From: Patescibacteria group bacterium
GTDB taxonomy: Bacteria; Patescibacteriota; Patescibacteriia; JACRDY01
Length of the DNA stretch: 64,000 nucleotides
NCBI GenBank assembly: GCA_041653535.1
Contig: JBAZFH010000005.1
Location: forward strand, 12,012 to 76,011
Reading direction: 5' to 3'
The notes below the pieces were generated by a model, which was given only the letters and a program-made list of their open reading frames with translations, did not search any database and was not told the origin of the DNA. Positions within the stretch are counted from its first letter, which is position 1. Each line of letters opens with the position of its first letter. The position numbers and the translations under genes were made by a program. Of this stretch, positions 50,759 to 57,849 are shown piece by piece.

Positions 50759-51724
50759 ATGACTATGTGGATTGCGACTTTACCGCCGATTCATCGGCGT
50801 GAGTTGCTGGAAAAAATCATCAACCATCCCATGATCGGTGGCGTCCGCTACAACAGCGGCTATGCCTCCGGCTCCAACCCTGAAGACACCCTGATAACCA
50901 TTATCGAACTAATCCGCGCCGCGGGTAAAAAGCTTTGGATTGACCTGAAAGGTCGTCAACTGCGCATCGACAGATGGGCGACTCCTGATTACGGCAAAAT
51001 CGTACTCAACCATGAAGTTGAAATTTATGGTCAGGCATTTGTCCTTTTTCGCGGAGAATCCGATTTGTCCGAAATCGTCAAGGCAAACGGTCGCGTAATC
51101 TACGTTGATCCGCCACCGAAGTATGCTGTCGGTCAAAGCCAAGCAATCAACGTCGCCGGCGACATCCGTATTAAAGGTTTTTTAACCAACACGGATATTG
51201 CCTATGTCAAAGCGGCTGTGAAATTAGGTAATCCTTATTTCATGCTGTCATTCGTCGAACAGTGTTCGGACTGGCAGCAAGTGAAAAGCTTGATCATGTC
51301 CAGTTCCGGATATTCACCGGAACAGGAATATGAGCTCGTTCTCAAAATCGAATCGACTAAAGGCTGGGACTATGCCAGCCGGTCGATTAATCTGGGAACA
51401 CTCGCCAAAGAGCGCCTGCGACTGATGGCAGCACGCGACGACCTAATGATAAACATCGGATCAACTAAGTCAAAGATTCTCAAAGCGACGCAAGAATTGA
51501 TAAACATCGACCGCAGTGCCATCGCCGCCTCCCGACTTTTCGCCAACGTGGAAAAAGACGGCAAGGCGTCACTCGGCGATTTTGCTGACTTGCATTTGCT
51601 TTACGGCATGGGATACCGACACTTCATGATATCAGATGGCGTTTGTCTTCATCACTTCGATGAAGCGATAGCGGCGGCTAATGACTATTACACCGAATAT
51701 CCGCAGCATCTCACCCTGGAATGA
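50759..51724 (+). CDS. PEP/pyruvate-binding TIM-barrel superfamily protein (pyruvate-kinase-barrel/HpcH-HpaI-like)
   Basis: LKIESTKGWDYASRSI and LMAARDDLMINIG parallel the pyruvate kinase motifs KIEnqEG and MVARGDLGiEi. Moderate GC (about 50%). Confidence 0.5.
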   Translation: MTMWIATLPPIHRRELLEKIINHPMIGGVRYNSGYASGSNPEDTLITIIELIRAAGKKLWIDLKGRQLRIDRWATPDYGKIVLNHEVEIYGQAFVLFRGESDLSEIVKANGRVIYVDPPPKYAVGQSQAINVAGDIRIKGFLTNTDIAYVKAAVKLGNPYFMLSFVEQCSDWQQVKSLIMSSSGYSPEQEYELVLKIESTKGWDYASRSINLGTLAKERLRLMAARDDLMINIGSTKSKILKATQELINIDRSAIAASRLFANVEKDGKASLGDFADLHLLYGMGYRHFMISDGVCLHHFDEAIAAANDYYTEYPQHLTLE

Positions 51725-51736
51725 CAAGGAGAAAAA

Positions 51737-53125
51737 ATGGCTCCGACAATCTATATTGTCACCGATCTAACGTTTGGAGACGGGGGCAAAGGAACGATCG
51801 TCGACGCCCTCGCCCGACATACGGGGATAAAAAACATCGTCCGTTTCAACGGCGGGTCGCAAGCAGCGCATAACGTGATAACACCTCAAGGGTTGCATCA
51901 TTGCTTCGCCCAATTTGGCTCCGGCATGCTTTTGCCAGACACTCACACTATTGTTTCTCGCTATATGCTCATTAACCCTAGCAGCATGCTTGTTGAAAAT
52001 TCAGCGTTGCAAAACAAAGGCGTAACAAGCGCCATGGCACGAACTTTTATCAGTGAAAACAGCGCCATTATCACGCCTTGGCACGAACTAATCAACCAAA
52101 TGCGCGAAATCGCCCGCGGTAACAATCGTCACGGCAGCTGCGGCAAGGGAGTATGGGAAGCCACTTGTGATTTGAATTATTCAAGTCGAATAACACTGTT
52201 TGCCAAAAATTTGGATAAAATCGATTTGATCAAAGAAAAAATCGGTTTCATCCAACAGATGAAGCTCGATATTGCCGAGCAACTGTATGACCAAAATCCT
52301 GCTTACCGCGAACAACTTTTTCCTTTGCTGGAGAAGGTTCGTTGGGCGGATCAGGAAAAAATCGCCGAAAGCTACCAAGCTTTTTTCAAACAAGCAAAAA
52401 TCGTTACCGACGATTTTATCTTGGAAAAAATCTGTCGGCAAGGTGCGATATTCGAAGGCGCTCAAGGAGTATTACTGGATGCCGACTACGGTTTTCATCC
52501 GTACGTCACCAGCAGCAATACCACGATGATCAATGCCGAAGAGATGCTGAAGCAAGCTGGCATTTCACCGCAAAGGCAAACGGTCCGTATCGGTGTAATG
52601 CGCGGTTATATGACGCGTCACGGTGCCGGACCGCTCGTTACTGAAGACCAAGCACTGCACAATTTCGTCCCGCCCGATCACAACGAATGGAATGACTGGC
52701 AGCAAGACTTTCGTCTCGGCTGGTTTGATCTTATAGCGACCAAATACGCGCTTAGCGTAGCCGGTAAAATCGATGCGCTGGCCATCACCAATCTTGATCG
52801 TATGGCAAAAATCCCGCTGGTCAAAGTTGCACTATTCTATCGTGGCAAAGAAGTTCGCCCCGATCTCTTCATTAGTAATGGTGAAGATGTGATAGTACAA
52901 ATAAGGAAACCGGCACTGCCTCAGCAAAATGAAAACAACGCCCTGACCAACGCCTTGTTCGCAGCTGAGCCGGTTTATTTTTCCGATCATCTTTGGACCG
53001 GAAAAAATATCGCCGACCGATACGTCGACCCCGGTTACATAAAATTTTTGGAAGAAAGACTCGGTGTCCCGGTAAAAATTTTGTCTTTTGGCCCCACCGC
53101 CAAGGACAAGCTATTCTATCCCTAA
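51737..53125 (+). CDS. adenylosuccinate synthetase (PurA)-family protein, divergent
   Basis: N-terminal P-loop TFGDGGKGTIVDALA (PurA has GDEGKGK) and RFNGGSQAAHNV (PurA has GGHNAGHT); length 462 aa. Atypical substitutions suggest a paralogous function. Confidence 0.65.
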   Translation: MAPTIYIVTDLTFGDGGKGTIVDALARHTGIKNIVRFNGGSQAAHNVITPQGLHHCFAQFGSGMLLPDTHTIVSRYMLINPSSMLVENSALQNKGVTSAMARTFISENSAIITPWHELINQMREIARGNNRHGSCGKGVWEATCDLNYSSRITLFAKNLDKIDLIKEKIGFIQQMKLDIAEQLYDQNPAYREQLFPLLEKVRWADQEKIAESYQAFFKQAKIVTDDFILEKICRQGAIFEGAQGVLLDADYGFHPYVTSSNTTMINAEEMLKQAGISPQRQTVRIGVMRGYMTRHGAGPLVTEDQALHNFVPPDHNEWNDWQQDFRLGWFDLIATKYALSVAGKIDALAITNLDRMAKIPLVKVALFYRGKEVRPDLFISNGEDVIVQIRKPALPQQNENNALTNALFAAEPVYFSDHLWTGKNIADRYVDPGYIKFLEERLGVPVKILSFGPTAKDKLFYP

Positions 53126-53145
53126 CATTCAACCAAACCCCCTGT

Positions 53146-53180
53146 TCGCCTAGGCGAATGGGGGTTTTTAATTAGTATAT
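53146..53180 (+). terminator. Rho-independent terminator (ccccctgttcgcctaggcgaatggggg + T5)
   Basis: Hairpin plus T-run. Confidence 0.6.
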
Positions 53181-53355
53181 AGGGGCGAGTATATGGTATA
53201 TAGCGAATAAACCAAGTTCCTGCATACCGCATACCGTTTTTGATCCTGGTCCGACACGGCCTCTGGCTTGTCCGCCCGTTGGAGGACCGTGTTATGGAGT
53301 TTAGTGAGTCAATCACAATAACACGCCCAGAGGGCGTGTCGCTCCGCACATACTC

Positions 53356-53384
53356 ATTGACAAATCAAACCTATTCTGATATAT
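53356..53384 (+). promoter_or_regulatory. Sigma70-like promoter for rnpB (TTGACA-17-TATATT)
   Basis: Consensus-like hexamers place the TSS about 6 nt later, at the first nucleotide of the P1 helix. Confidence 0.55.
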
Positions 53385-53390
53385 TGCTAG

Positions 53391-54058
53391 AGCTTAAGTA
53401 AGCAAGATGACCGCCCCCCACTTTCTATGTTTTATGTCTACATTTTAAAAAGCCAAAAAGACGACAAGCTTTATATTGGCTTTACTAGTGACTTAAAACG
53501 CAGATTTCAGGAACACCAAAATAAAGAGAATAAATCGACAAAAAACAGAACTCCTTTTATTTTGGTCTACTACGAATCCTATCGTTCAAAATCAGACGCG
53601 ATGAAACGGGAGAAAAATTTAAAACAGTTTAAAAACAGCTACTCTCATCTAAAAAAGCGTCTTGGCGATAGCCTTAAAACATAGAAAATGGGGGGAGGAA
53701 AGTCCGAACACCCCTCTGGCTGTAAAGCTAGAGTGACAAAGAGAGTCGCTAACGGCGACCGGGAGTAATCCTAGGGAAAGTGTCACAGAGACAATACTAT
53801 CCCCCACATATTATGTGGGGGACAAAGGTGAAAAGAGAAAAGGTGTATTTTTAGAAAATCATATGATTTCTAAAGACTGCTACTTTTCTTCCTCTTGGGC
53901 GACCAAGATGTGATGGTAAACCCTCTCTGGTGCAAGAGCCAATTTGGTTGCTCGCTTGATCCTGTCAGCAATGGCAGGACTAGATAGATGGTCATCCTCC
54001 CTCACATAATTTATGTGGGGGATGACAGAATTCGGCTTACCAGCTTGCTTAAGCAATA
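53391..54058 (+). ncRNA. rnpB: RNase P RNA (bacterial) with a roughly 270-nt insertion in P3 that encodes a GIY-YIG protein
   Basis: P4 5' strand GGAGGAAAGTCCG at 53695-53707. GGGAAAGTGTCACAGAGA (P10/11 region). 3' ACAGAATTCGGCTTA...CTTGCTTAAGC pairs with the 5' GCTTAAGTAAGCAAG as P1. Terminator at 54059-54093. Confidence 0.7.
53427..53684 (+). CDS. GIY-YIG domain protein (UPF0213-like, 85 aa) encoded within the P3 helix insertion of rnpB
   Basis: MFYVYILKSQKDDKLYIGFTSDLKRRFQEH is a GIY-YIG motif. The start codon sits in the 5' strand, and the stop codon in the 3' strand, of a 13-bp extended P3 stem (tttctatgtttta/taaaacatagaaa). Confidence 0.7.
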   Translation: MFYVYILKSQKDDKLYIGFTSDLKRRFQEHQNKENKSTKNRTPFILVYYESYRSKSDAMKREKNLKQFKNSYSHLKKRLGDSLKT

Positions 54059-54189
54059 AAAATCCGCCGGTTAATCACCAGCGGTTTTTTATTTTATTCT
54101 CCTACTCGCGTTATTGACACTTTTACCAAAACCTGATAAGCTTTTTTATTCGTTCTTACAAGAATCAATTAACCAAAAAGGAGACGCCT

Positions 54190-54648
54190 ATGTTTGGGTT
54201 TTGTATTGCCCTGTTGATATTTGTTTTTAGTTTTATCTTCAACACCCTGTCTGAAGGCATCAGCTCAGCCGGACACTTCCTCTACATTTGGAATTGGGTT
54301 TTTGGCATCGGTAAAGTCGTACTTCTGAGTTTGGTCGCCTTCGGCATTACCGGTTTTATCGGTCTTGGCGGCGCTGGCGCCGCTAGCCAAAAATGGAGCT
54401 CGCGCGGTGCGATGATCCTAGGAGGACTGCTTGGCGCTGGCGCTGGGGGCGTGGTCTCGGGTCTGATCTTCATCAAGGCTTTGATCAAAAACGCACTGCT
54501 GATCCTAGGCGCTTACCTGATCACCCTCTCCGGCACCGCCAGTATGTCTTTTGATCAGTTCGACAAAACCAAACTGTTCGTCGGACTGGCAATAGTGGTC
54601 ATCGCCTTATTGTTATTCCGTAAAAAAAGTAAGGATTCATCCAAATAA
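54190..54648 (+). CDS. small polytopic membrane protein, paralog 1
   Basis: Shares ISSAGHFLYIWNWVF and IGAYLITLSGTASM(S/T)FDQFDKTKLFVGLAIV with 54847..55329. Each has its own copy of the promoter-like sequence ttattgacacttttaccaaaacctgataagctttt and its own terminator. Confidence 0.5.
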   Translation: MFGFCIALLIFVFSFIFNTLSEGISSAGHFLYIWNWVFGIGKVVLLSLVAFGITGFIGLGGAGAASQKWSSRGAMILGGLLGAGAGGVVSGLIFIKALIKNALLILGAYLITLSGTASMSFDQFDKTKLFVGLAIVVIALLLFRKKSKDSSK

Positions 54649-54846
54649 ATATCTCACCAAAAAACCCAGGGTTTTATCCCTGGTTTTTTATTATTTTCTT
54701 CTTCTGATTAAAAAAATCTAGAAAAACAGTGAGGGTAAAAAATGGTCTTATTATTATTGACACTTTTACCAAAACCTGATAAGCTTTTTTATTCGTTCTT
54801 ACAAAAATAAATTAACCTGGGAGCCTAAGATAAGGAGGAAGGAAAA

Positions 54847-55329
54847 ATGAGTGACAAGATGTTAGGTTTTCTAATCGCAGCGATCGCATTTGTTGTCAAC
54901 AACCTTTTTTTCAAAACCCTACCCGAAAGCATCAGTTCGGCCGGACATTTTCTTTATATCTGGAACTGGGTCTTCGCCGGACTCAACGTTGCGTTGTCTG
55001 TTTGTTTCTCCCTTGGTTTAATCAACCTTACTGTCAACAGCACCGACGCTGATGCCGCGAAAGAAGCTACGAAAGCTATCAAAAATATGCTCCGAATCGG
55101 ATCCGGCGGCGTAATGTCCAAAATCAATTTCATCAAAATGCTGATCAGAAACACCTTGAGTATCATCGGCGCTTACCTGATCACCCTCTCCGGCACCGCC
55201 AGTATGACCTTTGATCAGTTCGACAAAACCAAGCTGTTCGTCGGACTGGCAATAGTGGGCGTTGCCTTATTCCTCTCTAAGAAAAAAGTCGTAGGGGTTG
55301 TCATGATCAATGACCGTGAAACCGCCTAA
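54847..55329 (+). CDS. small polytopic membrane protein, paralog 2
   Basis: See paralog 1. AAGGAGG SD. Confidence 0.5.
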   Translation: MSDKMLGFLIAAIAFVVNNLFFKTLPESISSAGHFLYIWNWVFAGLNVALSVCFSLGLINLTVNSTDADAAKEATKAIKNMLRIGSGGVMSKINFIKMLIRNTLSIIGAYLITLSGTASMTFDQFDKTKLFVGLAIVGVALFLSKKKVVGVVMINDRETA

Positions 55330-55385
55330 AGAACCATCAAAAAAACCCGGGAATATCTCTCGGGTTTTTCATTTACCAATAATTA

Positions 55386-56375
55386 TTAAACCAACCCAAC
55401 AATCTCTCTCACCTCCGCCATAGTTTGACTAGCAATCTTTTGCGCGGTAGCGGCTCCCTCTGTCATTACCTTGTCGACATATTTACTATCTTTTTCTAAC
55501 TTTTTCCGGCGATCACGAAAGTCTTTAAAATAATTAGCGATATCATCGGCTAACTGCGCTTTGAACTCACCAAACTTTATCTTCTTTTGCTCTTTTTGTT
55601 TAAAGAAGTATTCTACCGTGTCGGGATGAGAAAAATTTTCGAGGAGTAGTAGTAGGTTGGTACCACCGACCGATTCTCCACTACCTTCGTCAGACACCGC
55701 GCGACTCAATTTCTTTTTGATTACTTCCGGGTCGTCGTTGATACCGATACAATGATTTTCACCCAAACTTTTACTCATCTTTTTCTCTGGAGTGAGCAGG
55801 CTCATTATTTTTGGAGTGTTAGTCAATACTTCTTTTGGCTCAGCAAAATAATCAGTCTTATACTTTTGGTTAAACTTGCGAGCCGCCAGACGAGTCAGCT
55901 CAACATGCTGTACCTGGTCTTGACCCACCGGCACTGCCAAAGCGTGATAAAGCAAAATATCAGCCGCCTGCAAAACGGGATAGTCAAAAAGACCCATGTT
56001 AATATTTGCTTTTTGTCGAGCTGCTTTGTCTTTAAACTGTGTCATCCTTTCCAGCTCCGCTACTGGCAATAAAGTATTAAAAATCCAAGCAAGCTCGGTA
56101 TGACCAGTTACTTGTGACTGAAGAAAAATCGTCGATTTACTCGGATCGATACCAGCTGCCAAATAATCCATGATCAACCCTCGAGAACGAGCGCGAAGCT
56201 GCTCCGGATCACTATTTTCTGTCATTGCATGGTAGTCGGCAATAAAGAAAAAACATTGATATTTGGAGCTGTTTTGCAATTCAACAAAGTTTTTGAGCGA
56301 ACCGAGATAATTGCCCACGTGCAGTTCGCCACTGGGTTGAATACCGGAAACTATGATTGGTTTGATTGTTTTCAT
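55386..56375 (-). CDS. trpS: tryptophanyl-tRNA synthetase
   Basis: PSGELHVGNYLG (HIGH-type), KMSKS, and the overall TrpRS pattern. Start at MKTIKPII; the upstream extension of the track ORF runs into the repeat array. Confidence 0.9.
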   Translation of the reverse strand: MKTIKPIIVSGIQPSGELHVGNYLGSLKNFVELQNSSKYQCFFFIADYHAMTENSDPEQLRARSRGLIMDYLAAGIDPSKSTIFLQSQVTGHTELAWIFNTLLPVAELERMTQFKDKAARQKANINMGLFDYPVLQAADILLYHALAVPVGQDQVQHVELTRLAARKFNQKYKTDYFAEPKEVLTNTPKIMSLLTPEKKMSKSLGENHCIGINDDPEVIKKKLSRAVSDEGSGESVGGTNLLLLLENFSHPDTVEYFFKQKEQKKIKFGEFKAQLADDIANYFKDFRDRRKKLEKDSKYVDKVMTEGAATAQKIASQTMAEVREIVGLV

Positions 56376-56400
56376 ATGTTTTAATTTTAGCTTTAATTCC

Positions 56401-56580
56401 TCCCCCTGCCAAGGGGGAGATGTCGCGAAGCGACAGAGGGGGTGAATGCGACTCCCTGCCAAGGGGGAGATGTCGCGAAGCGACAGAGGGGGTGAATGCG
56501 ACTCCCTGCCAAGGGGGAGATGTCGCGAAGCGACAGAGGGGGTGAATGCGACTCCCTGCCAAGGGGGAGTCGCTTCCTGT
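56401..56580. repeat. 50-bp GC-rich tandem repeat, 3.6 copies, in the trpS 5' leader
   Basis: Unit tccctgccaagggggagatgtcgcgaagcgacagagggggtgaatgcgac. Contains hairpins ctccc-tgccaag-gggag and gtcgc-gaa-gcgac. Sits between the T-box terminator and the trpS SD. Confidence 0.85.
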
Positions 56581-56599
56581 AGTTGTTATCAGTGGATAC

Positions 56600-56895
56600 A
56601 AAAAAATCCCCCGTTCTTAGCTAGAAATATAAACTTCTAGCCAAGGACGAGGGATTTACCCCGCGGTACCACCTTGATTAACAAAAAAATACCAGTAAAC
56701 GGTATCTGTCTGTTCACTTTACCAACTCTGTTTCGCATCAACAAAACGACATTAGTTATCCTTTGATTACGGAGGACGCCGGATCGCCACTAACGCAGCA
56801 ATCATCCTGTCTTTTTTAAGACCACTCTAGACCCAGTCCCCATTTTATTGGAGATCCAAAGTTTGGATTTTAGAAAACATCTTAAGTTCTTCTAT
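56600..56895 (-). promoter_or_regulatory. T-box riboswitch leader of trpS (with intrinsic terminator)
   Basis: On the minus strand the T-box sequence AATCAAGGTGGTACCGCGGGG (consensus AAUUAGGGUGGNACCGCG) lies at reverse complement of about 56650-56672. It is followed by a long terminator hairpin and a U7 run (reverse complement of 56601-56650). The downstream gene is an aaRS. Confidence 0.7.
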
Positions 56896-56899
56896 TAAT

Positions 56900-56928
56900 A
56901 TCTTAATAGAAATAAAGAAAAAAGTCAA
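56900..56928 (-). promoter_or_regulatory. Sigma70-like promoter for the T-box/trpS transcript (TTGACT-17-TAAGAT on the minus strand)
   Basis: Reverse complement of 56923-56928 is TTGACT and of 56900-56905 is TAAGAT, with a 17-bp spacer. Confidence 0.45.
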
Positions 56929-57040
56929 CAATCAAAATCTATTGACCGTTTCACTATCTATTGTTAATATAACTAGTCAGCTGCTAATGGCTGACCAACA
57001 ACCGTCCGGCTCGTGATGAGCTTAAAAAAGGAGGTTATAG

Positions 57041-57441
57041 TGGAACCAAAAAGGTTACAAAGATTTCTCCGCGAGTTTCCATGGCTTTATGGGATTAAGC
57101 TTGAATGGGACAGCAAAAAAGTAATTTCGATTGTAGTCAAAACTTTTACTGTCCAATCAGTTCAAAACAGGTCAGTCTACGACCTGCGACGTGTCGAACA
57201 AAGAGCTTGGTTCCTCCTCTCTTCAAACTTCGGCGGCTGGAAACAACGAGTCGTCGAAGTCAGTATCCAAACAAATGGTTACTTTGATTCGATAATCAAG
57301 AGAGTCAAAAACAAATTCCCAGGCGAGGAAATTGACGCCATCGTCCTCCGGTGGAGAGTCCCTCCCTTCGTGGACACCGAAGACTATGTAATCATCAAAC
57401 GGCCAAAGCGGCAATCGATCGAAAAATTTTTCAAAGACTAA
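57041..57441 (+). CDS. hypothetical protein (133 aa)
   Basis: AAGGAGG SD followed by a GTG start at 57041; the ATG-initiated track ORF includes the SD. Terminator at 57449-57480. Confidence 0.45.
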
Positions 57442-57571
57442 CAGTCAACAAAACCCCGTTCTACATGAATGGGGTTTTATCTTTCAAATTTAGCTGGTGG
57501 TAATTTTACTAAATAAACTACCACCAGCTAAGGCTTTAATCTTATTTCAAAAAATATTAAGTTGTTAAAAT

Positions 57572-57775
57572 GTCGGGGGTCCGGGGGCGTAAGCTGCGCC
57601 GAGCCCCGACCCGTTTCGGTAATTATGGTCTGCAGGGGCGGGGCGGGGTAAGGAAACCTTAAGATGATAAGGACACGCGCTTGCTTCCAGCCCCCGGAAC
57701 TTTTTGCTTACTTTTTGGTTACAAAAAGTAAGTGCCTGCCCCTGCCCGCCGGCAGGCAGGCGGCATGAGGGCGAA
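57572..57775 (+). repeat. GC-rich roughly 210-bp structured element, copy 2 of 2
   Basis: About 90% identical to 46484-46690. Followed by the terminator ccccgctcactcgaaacgggg + TTATTTTT at 57790-57818. Confidence 0.8.
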
Positions 57776-57849
57776 GAAAAACAGAAAACCCCGCTCACTC
57801 GAAACGGGGTTATTTTTAAATTCTAACCACTAACAACTAACCACTACCC

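Noticed and set aside
53170-53390. Possible small RNA between the PurA-like terminator and rnpB promoter (hairpin acacgccc-aga-gggcgtgt at about 53314-53332; gcataccgcatacc motif also seen near 500-540)
   Set aside because: No promoter, terminator or conserved RNA-family motif could be defined. Kept only as a note.
56281-56601. 106-aa ORF, and a possible CRISPR array, over the 50-bp repeats
   Set aside because: Repeats are directly contiguous with no unique spacers, so this is not CRISPR. The ORF is just the repeat read in frame and overlaps the trpS leader.
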